From IMG/VR virus record IMGVR_UViG_3300046460_000097: 64,000 nucleotides of DNA. The stretch is one strand, 5' to 3'. This stretch comes from a virus. Its lineage: Duplodnaviria; Caudoviricetes. Positions within the stretch are counted from its first letter, which is position 1. Every line of letters starts with the position of its first letter. A program made the translations under genes and the position numbers. Of the stretch, positions 18,960 to 30,048 are shown in pieces. A model generated the notes under the pieces. That model was not told the origin of the DNA. It was given only the letters and a program-made list of their open reading frames with translations, and made no database searches.

Positions 18960-19714
18960 GTCGTGAATCCCTGTGGGCGGAAATCAGCCAGCTTAAAGCG
19001 GTTGCTACTACCGTATCCCAGCAAATGGCCGACGAGACCGTTCAGCTGACCAAGAGCATGGAGGATGGGATTACCCTTCCTGTGGCTCTGCGCATCGTCA
19101 ACACGATCTGGGGTACTCATACTCAGTCGTCGCAGAAGCTCAAAGTTCAGTTGTCGGACACGTTCCCGAAGACCAACCGTGACGTTATTCGTTACACTGC
19201 GTTGCCTGCGGATGAGCTGCGCAAGCTCACTGGTGAAATGGAAGAGGTAGTGTCTTACTTCGGCCTGATCCACGAGTACATCGAGAAACTGGTGTGCGCT
19301 ATCACCGCGGCGTTGGTTAAGGGCGAGCCTACCCCTGAAGGCCAAGAAACTGTTGACGAGTTCCGTCGTAACGTGTTGCAGTACTGCTGCTACATCAACG
19401 GCTACTTCTACGAAGTCAAAGATATGGTAAACGACGAGGCCTGTACGGCTTGGGACCATATCCGCATCGTACCAACTGGCGTACTGGATGGTGACTACCT
19501 GTTCATCCAGTCTTTCAAGGATCAGTTGGCGACAGACCACGCAGAATTCCTCAAGCGTACGTTCTTCCGTCAAGAACGTGATTACTGGTCGCTGGAAGAT
19601 ATCAAGTGGTCCTCGGATCGTCTGGTGCCTTTCATCAAGTTGCCGTTCCTCTTCGCAGAGTGGCTGAATGCTACCTACGCAGACGTTGTACTCGCAGAAC
19701 CTGCTGGCGAATAA
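18956..19714 (+). CDS. Hypothetical protein
   Basis: 252 aa; ATGA overlap with the previous stop. Confidence 0.75.
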   Translation: MSRESLWAEISQLKAVATTVSQQMADETVQLTKSMEDGITLPVALRIVNTIWGTHTQSSQKLKVQLSDTFPKTNRDVIRYTALPADELRKLTGEMEEVVSYFGLIHEYIEKLVCAITAALVKGEPTPEGQETVDEFRRNVLQYCCYINGYFYEVKDMVNDEACTAWDHIRIVPTGVLDGDYLFIQSFKDQLATDHAEFLKRTFFRQERDYWSLEDIKWSSDRLVPFIKLPFLFAEWLNATYADVVLAEPAGE

Positions 19715-19730
19715 GCTGTACCGGCCATAT

Positions 19731-19762
19731 CCCCTCCTATCCCTTTGCGGGGATAGGAGGGG
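19731..19762. terminator. Bidirectional terminator
   Basis: CCCCTCCTATCCC-TTTGCG-GGGATAGGAGGGG: 13-bp stem. Confidence 0.75.
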
Positions 19763-19778
19763 TAGGCTTATAGCTGCT

Positions 19779-22715
19779 TTACACCGGACCCAGGCTTACC
19801 ATGGATACGTCGTGTGGCAAGAAGACGATGTCAATGTCTTCAACGATGGACAACAGCCCATCAGAACTTTCCTGCAACAGTTTACGCACACAGAAGCCAG
19901 TCAGACTGTCGGCGTTACTGATAACGTCAACCGAACTGTCACCAGCCAATGCACTCATCTTCACCGATACCACTTCACTCGAAGTACCGTCCTTCAGCAA
20001 CTTGGTTAACCCACTCACGTCGATGGTAGTAGCACCGAACAACGCTTCGTTGATGACCTGAGGGGTGCTGGCGGTAAGCGCGTCTTTGAGGCTGACGTTC
20101 TTGTAGCCAGTTGCAGTAAGGTAGAAGGTTACAACAAAGCCCAGGTCCTGTTTGACGTAGGACTGATAGTTGCTGTTGACCACCACCTTCTGGTAACCCA
20201 TCTTGTTGCGTGGCTGGTACATCAGTGTGGTCATGTCGAGCAAGGACGAGTTGAACGAGTCCATGTCCTGACCGATGTGGTTGACGAAGTAATCTTTGGT
20301 CTGCTGAGCAAACTCCAGATCATAATCGTCTTTGGTGAAGTAGTACGCACCGTCGAATGCGATGAAGTCCCAGTGGTACTGCAAGTCACGAGGAGCGACT
20401 TCCACATATTGACCTTCGTCATCCAACACGAAGTCACCAATGCTGTACTTCAGGATAACCTGAGGTGGCACGGTGTTGGTATACATGACGTCACCTGCTT
20501 TATGCAGGATAACCGGCTTACCGTCGACCAGATCCAGTTCGCCGTTCTCTTTACGCTTGAGTACAGTGGCGGGATAGGTTTCAGGAACCGGGGTGGTGTG
20601 ACGTTTGTACTGCGCTTCACCGATGAGAGGCCGTATACGGCTGTACAGGTTGCCCAGCTTCTGACCCAGTGTAACCGCGTACTGGGTTTCGATGATCGCC
20701 ACCATCGGCACTGTGAACAGCGTAGGATCGATCTTCTGATCCGACAAGGTACCAGTGTTGGCGCTATCGCCTTGCATGGTGAAGATAAACGTCATGCCCA
20801 GATTCAGCGGAGTGCCCGTGTTAGGCTGCACACTGCCGAACTGCGAGAAGTTGGTGAAGTAGATAACGTCGTTGACATCCACATCGAAGTTGGTATCCAA
20901 CGCAAACTGCCAGATCCGCTCACCGCCTTCCGTTTGCCCGTAGTACGTAGCCCCTATGCTAGCCAGGCTGTTCGAGTCCTCGGGTTGGATAGACAATTGT
21001 ACGCCCACCTGAGAGTCATCCAGGTCTTTGTAGCTTTTGCCAGACTCAGTAACCAAGGTAACAAGATAGCCACCCTCGCGTTGTTCAATGTTGATTTGCC
21101 CAACGCCTACTTCGATGCCCAGTGTGCTGTTTTCAGTCACAAAGGTCTGGTTGTTAACAACCGGCTCATCGAGATGGTAGGTACGCAACACCGCTTGGGT
21201 GTTTGTCAGGTCCATGACGTAGTAGAAAGGCGTGTAGACCAACGTCTGGTCCGATACCAAGTCTACCAGCGCAGCGTTGCTCTTAGCCGCGTAGGAGGCC
21301 TTGATGACCGCGTTAACCAAGACAGTGCTTGGCTTACTGATGTCGAACAACACGTTGTGAGGAATGGTGATACGCTGACCGTTGTCAATCACCACACCGC
21401 TGTCGATCAGGTTATTCACCGAGCACAGGTAACTGCCCACGAAGCACGCCATTGGAGCGAAGAACTTGGAGTTGTCAGGAATCGGCAGCTCTTTGGTCAG
21501 GGAGTACTTACGGCCGGTCGTGTAGTCGATGGTCTTGACAGAGTCGTAACCATAGTTCTCAACAGTACCGGTCAGGTTGTTCTGTGTGATTGGCAACACA
21601 CGCTGACGACGACCCTGAATGAAGGAAGCCTTCAACTGAGCAAAGGACTTGGCATTGCTACCGCCTGTGGTACCGTTGATAGCACGCCATGCCACACCAC
21701 CCGTGTTCTTCAGGGCAGAGGAGTAAGGACCCAGAGTACCCGCACCAAAACGATAGTCTTGGTAGTTGATGCCCACCTCATCCAGCTTGACCTCGGTAAA
21801 GTCCTTGGTCAACTCACCCTTGGTCGTGTAGGTATAGATGTCAATCACACCGATACCCGAACCGTTGGCGATATAAACGTCAGGGATCTCGTAGTCGAAA
21901 GACCCATTGCTAACGTTTAGGTTAATCGACAGAGTTACAGTCGACGGGTTGAACACGTCTTGGTCGTAGGTCACCAAGATCTCGCGTTTAACCCCGTTGG
22001 TGGTCATGAACGCACGAACGCCGTACAGGTCGTCTTTGAAGTTGATGGTACCGTTGCAACCAGAACTCAAGTTGGACGTCAAGTTCTCGGTAGGCTTGCA
22101 AGCGATCTGACGCGCGGGGATAACGATCGTCAGGTAGACGTTGTCATTGATCTCACGCAGCGCTTTCTTCAGCAGGTTGGTAGAGATCGGCGCAATCGGG
22201 TTGTTGGTAGTGTCGTCGTATACCACTTGATAGCTGGTCTGTTCGCTGTAACGGATTTCAATACCGTTCTCAATAGCGAAGGTGTAACCATTGAACTCGA
22301 CTTCGGTGTCCTTCGGCAGCAACAGCATTTTGTACGTGAAGGACGTCTTACCCGACTGTACCGTTACGTCTTTAGCCAGCGACAGAAACACCGACTCCAG
22401 AATAGCGAACTGCAACTGCACGATCGACGGGTTACCGAACATACCGTACTGTTCTTCTTCCGACATGTGGCGGCTGAGATCAGAGGTAGACCGTGCGTGC
22501 GCTGGGAACAACTTGGCAATGGCGTCGTCTACCCGGTTAAGGATACCATAGCCAGTACCGAGGATGAGGTCGGTTGCGTAGATGAAAGGGTGAGACTTGC
22601 TGTTCTGCGAGATGGCTCTGTCGAACCAAGCGGTCTCGAGATCGTTAACGACAGTGTTAACCCCACGGATAGGGTTGTTGGCCAGACTGACCAGTTGGTC
22701 TTGAGTTAATGCCAT
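19779..22715 (-). CDS. Large virion structural protein, possibly baseplate wedge
   Basis: 978 aa from MALTQDQ (TAATG coupling), beta-rich. The role is inferred from synteny with phiKZ gp87. Confidence 0.6.
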   Translation of the reverse strand: MALTQDQLVSLANNPIRGVNTVVNDLETAWFDRAISQNSKSHPFIYATDLILGTGYGILNRVDDAIAKLFPAHARSTSDLSRHMSEEEQYGMFGNPSIVQLQFAILESVFLSLAKDVTVQSGKTSFTYKMLLLPKDTEVEFNGYTFAIENGIEIRYSEQTSYQVVYDDTTNNPIAPISTNLLKKALREINDNVYLTIVIPARQIACKPTENLTSNLSSGCNGTINFKDDLYGVRAFMTTNGVKREILVTYDQDVFNPSTVTLSINLNVSNGSFDYEIPDVYIANGSGIGVIDIYTYTTKGELTKDFTEVKLDEVGINYQDYRFGAGTLGPYSSALKNTGGVAWRAINGTTGGSNAKSFAQLKASFIQGRRQRVLPITQNNLTGTVENYGYDSVKTIDYTTGRKYSLTKELPIPDNSKFFAPMACFVGSYLCSVNNLIDSGVVIDNGQRITIPHNVLFDISKPSTVLVNAVIKASYAAKSNAALVDLVSDQTLVYTPFYYVMDLTNTQAVLRTYHLDEPVVNNQTFVTENSTLGIEVGVGQINIEQREGGYLVTLVTESGKSYKDLDDSQVGVQLSIQPEDSNSLASIGATYYGQTEGGERIWQFALDTNFDVDVNDVIYFTNFSQFGSVQPNTGTPLNLGMTFIFTMQGDSANTGTLSDQKIDPTLFTVPMVAIIETQYAVTLGQKLGNLYSRIRPLIGEAQYKRHTTPVPETYPATVLKRKENGELDLVDGKPVILHKAGDVMYTNTVPPQVILKYSIGDFVLDDEGQYVEVAPRDLQYHWDFIAFDGAYYFTKDDYDLEFAQQTKDYFVNHIGQDMDSFNSSLLDMTTLMYQPRNKMGYQKVVVNSNYQSYVKQDLGFVVTFYLTATGYKNVSLKDALTASTPQVINEALFGATTIDVSGLTKLLKDGTSSEVVSVKMSALAGDSSVDVISNADSLTGFCVRKLLQESSDGLLSIVEDIDIVFLPHDVSMVSLGPV

Positions 22716-23788
22716 TACAGAGGACTCCAGTATTCCATTTCCATGCTGTTCACGTTGATCCATGGATAAGCAGCATAACCACCTTCGAAGTATTCGCTTA
22801 CCTTCAACTGGCGGAAGTTCTGTTCACGGACCTGAGCACTCATGTTTGGGTTGAAGAAGAGAGTAGTGCGGTTGAACATATCCGCAATACGAATGTTGTT
22901 GTAACGGAAGGCGATACTTGGGAAGGTGATCTCTACTTCATCCTGCCCTTGGCCCCGCAGACTGTTCTGTGTGCGGTCGATAGCGCTGAACGCACCCGAT
23001 GGGTAGGTGTTAGGCCAAGAGTAGCCGTTACAGAACAGACCTTCGATACTGCGCATGTTCTTGTTCATGATGACATGGTAGATGCGCATGTCATAATCGC
23101 GGTAATTCTGTAGCAACGCTTCTGGATAAGGTTCCAGCCCTTCATCGCCCAGCGTTACCCCTTCGATGTAGTGGTTGATCACGTCGAAGATAAAGGGAAC
23201 GAAGTTAGGCTTAGGGTTGTGGAAGCTCAAACGCATGTCGTAGTCATAGTTGACTTTGAGGATGCCGCTCACGTACTGGTAGACTTCCTTACGGATACCA
23301 GGTTGCGACTTCTCTACGTTCAACGACACGTCTGGGAAACCAGAACTGACTTTAAGACAGTTGGTCAATCCAGCCATCCACGGGTACATCGGGTCATGCA
23401 GCGCATCGTTACCACTGTTTGCTCGACCCCATACAGGGTCCAACAATCCCTTGACGTAATGCTGTAACGAGTTGCGAGTCGGTTCATAAAGCGGCAACAG
23501 TTGAGGGTGTTTTATCACGTTTTCATCGGATAAGTTCAACAGCGGCCGGTTAATGAAGACTAATCCTATGGTGTCGTCGGGGATGGGAGCCATCTGGTTC
23601 CCGGGACCTAAAATACGGACGCCCTTGAGCATGTTGACCAAAGCACTGTTGTACCCCGGACCACCGTTTTCTCTGAAGACGTATTCTCGCCATTCTTCAA
23701 CAGTGTTCGAGTCGAGTGCAATAGTAGGTTGTTCATTTCCCGGGGTCTTATCGTACCATCCATCGTAAAGATTCGGATCATCAGCCAT
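22715..23788 (-). CDS. Virion structural protein (tail/baseplate region)
   Basis: 357 aa, divergent from the inner-body operon; synteny with phiKZ gp88. Confidence 0.6.
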   Translation of the reverse strand: MADDPNLYDGWYDKTPGNEQPTIALDSNTVEEWREYVFRENGGPGYNSALVNMLKGVRILGPGNQMAPIPDDTIGLVFINRPLLNLSDENVIKHPQLLPLYEPTRNSLQHYVKGLLDPVWGRANSGNDALHDPMYPWMAGLTNCLKVSSGFPDVSLNVEKSQPGIRKEVYQYVSGILKVNYDYDMRLSFHNPKPNFVPFIFDVINHYIEGVTLGDEGLEPYPEALLQNYRDYDMRIYHVIMNKNMRSIEGLFCNGYSWPNTYPSGAFSAIDRTQNSLRGQGQDEVEITFPSIAFRYNNIRIADMFNRTTLFFNPNMSAQVREQNFRQLKVSEYFEGGYAAYPWINVNSMEMEYWSPL

Positions 23789-23823
23789 GTCGTTGGCTCC
23801 CGTTATTAAGAGGTGAAGTATTC

Positions 23824-24942
23824 ATGATTAACCAAATTGTAGGTCTGGGGTCTTTCCTGCTGGACATTGCGGCAAAACTGTATCCCGACAGTAAAGACAT
23901 AAACTCCGCTGCCAACGTGGCAGGTCAAGTACGACGTTCATACAATGTGGTTTCTACCACCTCGGTCCATGAGAGCGCCAACCGCGCAATCATTGCTCCA
24001 ATGGTGGCCGTAGAAGCCTCGCTGTTGCACCAAGAATTCATGTCGGACTTGATGCAAATCGTTATGCTGCGAGATATCGTCGCTACCCTGACGCACATCG
24101 CACTGCAAGGCTCTGTGGGCCTCGGCGTGAAGGTTGAGAACATCATCGGCGGTATCAACCCTAACCGGGCTGGCATGATGTCTCTGGCTGGCTGTGAATC
24201 GCTGGATGACAACATCCGCGCTGTTACTGGTAACGAGGAAGACGACAAGGCCAAGCTGCCTGAAGTTGACACCGTTCGTATCGACGGCAAGAACGTTCCT
24301 GATATGGCTGAGTACACCCCACTCGCCGTCGGTAAAGTGGTTATGGCCACTCTGTACAACGACAACGGCACCAAGATCGACTTCCCGTTGACCTTCCGCC
24401 AGATCCCAGTTCCGTTGCCGGCCAAAGACCTGAAGCGTATCTTCAGTGCGGCCAAGATCGAAGAAGGTTTCTTCGCTCGCCTGCTGATGGCCAAGACCAA
24501 GGAAATCACTTATCCTGAATTCCTCTCCGGTCGTGACATCATCAAAGACCGCTTCAACATCCGCAACGAAGAGATGTCCGGCTATTACAAGGAAGCGCAG
24601 AAGCGCGAGAACGGTAACAAGCTGGCTGCTGTTCGTACTGGTCTGGTTAGCTTCAACAGCATGGCCAACACCTTCATCATGTCGAAAGATGCGGCTACTC
24701 AGCTGGAACTCGACATCGGTAAGCGTTTCAACAACGCCTCTTCCCGTGAAGGCATCTTCAAGGCCGTTGTAGCCAACACCATTGTTGTCTGCGACGAAGA
24801 CCGTGGTATCTACACGTTCTACACGCACGGTAGCGATATGCACGAGACTTACACTCGTAAAGACATCGCCATCAAATCCAAAAAAGATTCGGGTTCCAAC
24901 ACTTTGGCGGACCTGGTCAAGTTGCTCAACGGAGGCATGTGA
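23824..24942 (+). CDS. Abundant inner-body/head protein (phiKZ gp89-like)
   Basis: 372 aa with GAGG RBS and internal GCE/GNE sites; synteny. Confidence 0.65.
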   Translation: MINQIVGLGSFLLDIAAKLYPDSKDINSAANVAGQVRRSYNVVSTTSVHESANRAIIAPMVAVEASLLHQEFMSDLMQIVMLRDIVATLTHIALQGSVGLGVKVENIIGGINPNRAGMMSLAGCESLDDNIRAVTGNEEDDKAKLPEVDTVRIDGKNVPDMAEYTPLAVGKVVMATLYNDNGTKIDFPLTFRQIPVPLPAKDLKRIFSAAKIEEGFFARLLMAKTKEITYPEFLSGRDIIKDRFNIRNEEMSGYYKEAQKRENGNKLAAVRTGLVSFNSMANTFIMSKDAATQLELDIGKRFNNASSREGIFKAVVANTIVVCDEDRGIYTFYTHGSDMHETYTRKDIAIKSKKDSGSNTLADLVKLLNGGM

Positions 24943-25823
24943 TGGATATCACTCAATACGTCGGTGGCGTCAAGACGGTCAAGCAGAACGAAATCCTTTC
25001 CACTATCCTCAACGTGGAAGTCGCTGCGGCTGATCTGGATGCTGGTCTGGAAAGCATCATCAACAACAGCATCGACCTGTCGACCCAGATCGAGAAGTGG
25101 GTTCTGACCAAGGGCGTGAACAAGGCGATCCATCAGGCCGGCTTTAAAGCTGATACCCTGATCGAGTTCACTCGTCACGGGCTGGGTGTTATCAAGGCGC
25201 TGAGCCCTGAGATCACCAAGATGGTCAAGAGCTACAAGGAAACCCTGTGGGACGGTAAGCTGATGTCCGTCAAACAGGCTAACGTCCTGAACGTCATCGA
25301 GTACATGAACTTCTGGGTCAAGTACTCCCGCATGATGTACGAAGTTCTGCTGACCATGAACAACGAAGGTGTTGAGCCTTCCAAGTACCTGACCGGCATG
25401 GACCTCAAGTGGATGAACGGTAGCGAGATGTTCTACCGCATGTTCACCATCGACCTGATGAAGGGCGGCCGCTACATCCTCGACAACATGGCCAAGCTGC
25501 CAGACATCGAAGTGTCGCCGACCTCTCTGGACGTGCTGAAGGCCTCCGAAGGTAGCGGTCATATCGACGTCCTGAACAAAGGCTTCGGTATCCACAACGT
25601 CAACCCGCTGTTCTGGCTGGGCCTGGGTATCAGCAAGATCCAGGGCATGTGGATCGACAAGCTGCGTCGCGACAACGAATACTTCGCTATGAAGATCTCG
25701 CAAGCGATCAACAAGCGTAACGGTTCGCCTGATCCTGATCTGGATCGTCGCATCGAGATCTACCAGGACAAGATCATCAAGAACGATCACTCCATCTCTG
25801 AAATCGAGGCCCAATATGCCTGA
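24942..25823 (+). CDS. Inner-body/head protein (phiKZ gp90-like)
   Basis: 293 aa, TGATG coupling, AGLES site, strong codon bias. Confidence 0.65.
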   Translation: MDITQYVGGVKTVKQNEILSTILNVEVAAADLDAGLESIINNSIDLSTQIEKWVLTKGVNKAIHQAGFKADTLIEFTRHGLGVIKALSPEITKMVKSYKETLWDGKLMSVKQANVLNVIEYMNFWVKYSRMMYEVLLTMNNEGVEPSKYLTGMDLKWMNGSEMFYRMFTIDLMKGGRYILDNMAKLPDIEVSPTSLDVLKASEGSGHIDVLNKGFGIHNVNPLFWLGLGISKIQGMWIDKLRRDNEYFAMKISQAINKRNGSPDPDLDRRIEIYQDKIIKNDHSISEIEAQYA

Positions 25824-26334
25824 GTATCGGATTACCCCAAATGGTTACGCGAATGCTGCCCTGGGTGACTCCGATCTTGGGGTGATCTTCAAGAACCTTC
25901 AGTGTCTGCGGAACGACGCTTACGTCGACTTCGATCTGATCATGAAGGGCGCAGTAACCATCGAAACCCTGCGTGAAGCTAACCTCCTCACCGGTCGTTC
26001 CTTTGCTCAGTTTCTGGAAGTCAACTTTGATTCCGGCAAAGGACCCTTGGCCAGTCTGGTACGCGACATCGTTCATTATCTGAATGGTCGTTGCGGTCAC
26101 CAGACTATCATCACCTCGCTTAACATCGAGGAGAATAAACTCCGCAGTCTGACTAAGGCTCGCCATGGCACTTACACGCCAGCGATCCGTAGCGGCGGCG
26201 GGGAGGCTTTCCTGAAAGATCAGGACAAGGTTTACGACAACGATCTGTACCGTTTGATGTCTGGCGTTGGTGCCGGCGTGGTCGGGCGGATCCTTTTGCT
26301 CCTAGGAGGAGACAGCTACTATGGGTCAAATTAA
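25816..26334 (+). CDS. Small virion protein
   Basis: 172 aa overlapping both neighbours within the head operon. Confidence 0.65.
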   Translation: MPEYRITPNGYANAALGDSDLGVIFKNLQCLRNDAYVDFDLIMKGAVTIETLREANLLTGRSFAQFLEVNFDSGKGPLASLVRDIVHYLNGRCGHQTIITSLNIEENKLRSLTKARHGTYTPAIRSGGGEAFLKDQDKVYDNDLYRLMSGVGAGVVGRILLLLGGDSYYGSN

Positions 26335-27631
26335 TCAGGACCTGCAGTTGGCTGCTGAAATGGCGGCGGTCTCTGTAGTCAAGTCTGAAGAAATCGTTAG
26401 CTTGGCTCGCGACACTGGTCAACTGGACCGCTTCCAGCAACGACTGGACGATTCGAAAGACCGTGTTGCTATGGTCAGGTCTGTGTTGCGTGATACCGAG
26501 CCGCATCAGGTCACTCCTGAGCTCGCTTCGGCCATGGACAATGCACTGGTACGTTCTGAGGTGGACATTCCGCCTGTAGACGGTCTGGAGCACGTTCAGG
26601 GCGCCGAAAGCCTTGGACGCACTCTGATGCCTAGCCAATTCATTTTCACGCGTCTGGTGGGCTGTGAGAACTTCCTGGGGGATTTCATCAAGAAGTCCCG
26701 TGAAGTAATCCTGCGTTCCAACATCGCGTTCAAGGAAGCTTACATCGTTTTCACTCAGAACCAAGAGTCTCTGACTGAAGCGGTAGATGCACTGGAACGT
26801 GGGCTGGAAGCGTCGGGTTCCTTCGACAATAAGGAAACCCTGCTGCTGGGTAGTCGTCTGTTCAACCTGTTCAAGATCAACGGTAAGGTCTCCGAAGACT
26901 GGACTGGTGACGTGAGCAAGCTGAGCCGCACCATCGCTGCGTTGTCGGGTAACTACTACCTGAACAGCAAGAACGCCATGAACGCAACCATGAGCTACTT
27001 CGGTGGGTTCGCTGGTAACACTCAGGAAGAAGCATTGTCTCGCTTCCTGCTGCTGCCTGTGTCGATCCCTTCGGAACGCTTCAAGGAATGCACCTACCCT
27101 AACAAGGAACACACTACTGCGCGCATCACCGCCCGTCAGTCTGTGGAACTCATGGGTGGCGCTTACTTCATCGATGCCCGTCAGACCAAGCCTGCTTATA
27201 AGGCTGATACGACGGATGACGTGGATAACTATCTGCGCCTGTATCTGGAAGAAGAATACACCGGCTTCCAGAACAGCTCCGAAATCATCTTCCCTAAACT
27301 GGGCAATGAAGTGAAGAGTCTGTCGTCCGGTCAGTGCAAGGCGATCGGCAAGCACCTGCATGAGCTGTTGAAAGAATGGCGCAAGGCCTTCGACAACGGC
27401 GACAAGTACAAGTTGGCTGACAGTGACTACAACGATATCACCAAAGGTATCTACGAGTCAGAGATGTCCGACGAGTTGAAGGATCAAGTGCTTACAGCGT
27501 TCTCTGCTGTTGTGCGCAAGAACCAGATGGAACTGTTGACACTTCGTGCTTCGGTTACCAACTACCTCACGCTGATCATCAATGGGTTGATCGAACTGAG
27601 CAACCTGTCGGTCAAGGCAAACACCCAGTAA
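26321..27631 (+). CDS. Internal head protein
   Basis: 436 aa with GGAGGAG RBS and GLE, GAE and GCE sites. Confidence 0.7.
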   Translation: MGQINQDLQLAAEMAAVSVVKSEEIVSLARDTGQLDRFQQRLDDSKDRVAMVRSVLRDTEPHQVTPELASAMDNALVRSEVDIPPVDGLEHVQGAESLGRTLMPSQFIFTRLVGCENFLGDFIKKSREVILRSNIAFKEAYIVFTQNQESLTEAVDALERGLEASGSFDNKETLLLGSRLFNLFKINGKVSEDWTGDVSKLSRTIAALSGNYYLNSKNAMNATMSYFGGFAGNTQEEALSRFLLLPVSIPSERFKECTYPNKEHTTARITARQSVELMGGAYFIDARQTKPAYKADTTDDVDNYLRLYLEEEYTGFQNSSEIIFPKLGNEVKSLSSGQCKAIGKHLHELLKEWRKAFDNGDKYKLADSDYNDITKGIYESEMSDELKDQVLTAFSAVVRKNQMELLTLRASVTNYLTLIINGLIELSNLSVKANTQ

Positions 27632-27646
27632 GGGTCGGGGGTCAGG

Positions 27647-28672
27647 ATGAGTAGCACGAAACGTCTGTATCGTGAAGGGCTGGAGTCACACACAGTCCTG
27701 CGTGAAGATCAGCGTGAAGTCGAAATCCTGGGCAAGCTGCTACTGGAGGCCCCACACCGGCTAACAGTAGCAGTGGCTGGTAACGAGGACTTTAAAGAGA
27801 CCTTGGTTACTGGCATGAAGGATTTGGGATCCGGTCTGTTCTCTGTGAGCAAATGGGTTGGCGGTACTACTGTCAGTTTGTTTGGTAAGGCACTGGGCGC
27901 TGCTGGTAATGGGCTCTACAAGGCTTTCAGCGAGAACGACGTACTGATCAAGAAGCTGTTACAGAACTTTAGCAAGGTAGAGGATCACGAGCTTAACCTC
28001 TCGAAAGAAACCATTGCCTTGTTGACGTCTGAAGGGGACATAGACCGTATCGGGCATGATATGGATCTATTGCTGCGTGCGTTGGATATCCTGGATCAAC
28101 ACAGCAAGGGCTTGTTGAGCTTCCTGGATAAGCAGTTGATCGTAGCACGCAAGTTGAAAGGTGTTAGCACAGCTGAAGGCATCTTCGCCGTGGTAGAGGA
28201 GTTCCAAGGGCTGAAGTACCCAATGTTTAATCTGCCCCACTCCAAAGGTGATACCCATAGCTCAGACGTACTGCCAGGTGGCAAGACGTGGGAGTTCGTG
28301 TACAACGAAGGTAAGTCACCTAAATATCTTATAGGCGGAGACGCACCTGCAGAGGCAGGATCTGGTGTCACCTTCTCGCGCTCCGAAGTCAGCTCATTGC
28401 TGAACAAGCTCGATAAGGTTAACTCTATGCACAAACGCTTGAAGACGTCGTACGACAGTTACCTGTCTTTTATCAAGTCGTGGTCAGAAATGGTCAAGGC
28501 TGTCGACACTAACCTTAGCAAGTTGGATAAGGTTAGCTCAAGCGCAATGGCTGAGGGTGAAAAGATCCTGGCTGGAGAACCGAACGCTCTGGCATTTTAT
28601 AGCGGATTCACTCCACGAGTGGTTAGCTACACTGACAGGTACATTCATGGTGTGCTTGGTGTTTTCGCCTAA
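27647..28672 (+). CDS. Internal head protein (phiKZ_IP-like paralog)
   Basis: 341 aa with GLE and GNE sites, followed by an amphipathic helix. Confidence 0.68.
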   Translation: MSSTKRLYREGLESHTVLREDQREVEILGKLLLEAPHRLTVAVAGNEDFKETLVTGMKDLGSGLFSVSKWVGGTTVSLFGKALGAAGNGLYKAFSENDVLIKKLLQNFSKVEDHELNLSKETIALLTSEGDIDRIGHDMDLLLRALDILDQHSKGLLSFLDKQLIVARKLKGVSTAEGIFAVVEEFQGLKYPMFNLPHSKGDTHSSDVLPGGKTWEFVYNEGKSPKYLIGGDAPAEAGSGVTFSRSEVSSLLNKLDKVNSMHKRLKTSYDSYLSFIKSWSEMVKAVDTNLSKLDKVSSSAMAEGEKILAGEPNALAFYSGFTPRVVSYTDRYIHGVLGVFA

Positions 28673-28724
28673 ACTGTTTAATTAAACACTCAATTTTCCT
28701 TCGTTAACGAAAAAGGATGTAAAG

Positions 28725-29984
28725 ATGAATCTTCTCGATATGTACGCTGGTGTTGAAGACCTGGAACTGGGCGCTGCTGCTGGCGACGTGGTTGAAGCTG
28801 TTGAAGAAGCAGTGAAGACCGAAGTGGCCGAAGTTGCCGTCGTCATCGAAGAGCAGTCCAACCAGATCGAACAACTGGTTGAACAAGTCACCGACCTCGA
28901 AGAAGCCGTTGAAGAAGCGGTCGAAGTTGTTGACGGCCTGGAATCCCTGCTGGGCTCCGGCAACTTCAACAGCGTTGCGTTCTCGCAGCTCTACAACCGC
29001 GGCGTGAAGCTGGCGAACAAACTGGGCGGCAACATCCAGGGCGATCGCATGGGTGCTGAATCCATCTCCGACGCAGCCACTGCTCAGCTGATGGCGCGCA
29101 CCGGCATGGAGTCCATCATGGACACCATCAAAGAATACGGTCGCAAAGCGATCGAATTCATCAAGCACATCTTCAACACCGTGATCAACTTCTTCGTGTC
29201 GATCTTCAACCAGGCCGATGGCGTGGTACGTCGCACCGAGCAGCTGCGCAAGCGTCTGAACGACGGCGCCAAGATCAAGGAACAAGTCAAGCTGGGCGGC
29301 TGGAACGTCTACTTCGACTACGCCAAGAACGGCCTGAGCGGTTCGAGCAAAGCCAAGCCATGGGACGCTACCCAAGACGCCGTTGCTGCACTGGCTACCC
29401 TGGGCAACAACGTTTCGGGCATCACCCTGGAAGGCTTCAAGTCGGCTTACGCCAGCGTGATCTCGGCCATCAAGTCCGACGCCAAAGCTGCCGGCAAGTA
29501 CAACGAGAAGAAGTCGGGCAACACTGACGTCCTCATCTCGATCGACGCCGGTATCCGCGTTCAGGCGTCCTTCGCCGACAACGAGATCAAAGATCTGGGC
29601 GACGCAGCTACCCACGCTCGCAGCCTGAAGATCGTGATCATGAAAGACCCAGAAGCCAAGAAATTGTCTTCCGGCGAAACCAAGGCCAAGCTGGACAAGT
29701 CGGCTCTGCTGGGCATCCTGGACCACAACAAAGCAGCTGCCAACGGCACCCGCGGCGACAAAGTGGCCAAGAAGTTCACCAACGCAGAGCGTGACCGCGT
29801 TGTTGGCAGCCTGAACGCCATCAAGGCTTCGGACAGCGACAAGACTGCCGAGATCAACAAGCAAGTGACCCTGGTTAAAGCGATCTTCGCTTCGGCTGCT
29901 TCGGTTACTCAAGCGGTCTCCAAGCACACCATGTCGACTCTGAAAGCCAGCTGCGACGGCGTTGCTGCTCACCTGTCGTTCTAA
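28725..29984 (+). CDS. Major internal head protein, phiKZ gp93/95/97 (phiKZ_IP) family
   Basis: 419 aa. An E/V-rich propeptide ends at RTGME, followed by SIMDTIKEYGRKAIEFIKHIFNTVINFF. Extreme codon bias. Confidence 0.78.
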   Translation: MNLLDMYAGVEDLELGAAAGDVVEAVEEAVKTEVAEVAVVIEEQSNQIEQLVEQVTDLEEAVEEAVEVVDGLESLLGSGNFNSVAFSQLYNRGVKLANKLGGNIQGDRMGAESISDAATAQLMARTGMESIMDTIKEYGRKAIEFIKHIFNTVINFFVSIFNQADGVVRRTEQLRKRLNDGAKIKEQVKLGGWNVYFDYAKNGLSGSSKAKPWDATQDAVAALATLGNNVSGITLEGFKSAYASVISAIKSDAKAAGKYNEKKSGNTDVLISIDAGIRVQASFADNEIKDLGDAATHARSLKIVIMKDPEAKKLSSGETKAKLDKSALLGILDHNKAAANGTRGDKVAKKFTNAERDRVVGSLNAIKASDSDKTAEINKQVTLVKAIFASAASVTQAVSKHTMSTLKASCDGVAAHLSF

Positions 29985-30016
29985 TCCGGCCGGTGCTGCT
30001 GTAAAGACGTAAAGTA

Positions 30017-30048
30017 ACTACTATCGGGGAGCAATCCCCGATAGTAGT
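30017..30048 (+). terminator. Terminator
   Basis: ACTACTATCGGGGA-GCAA-TCCCCGATAGTAGT: 14-bp perfect stem with GNRA loop. Confidence 0.75.

Noticed and set aside
26310-26334. DSYYGSN at the end of 25816..26334 as another TYYGEL copy
   Set aside because: Only YYG matches, and the sequence is constrained by the overlapping start of the next gene.
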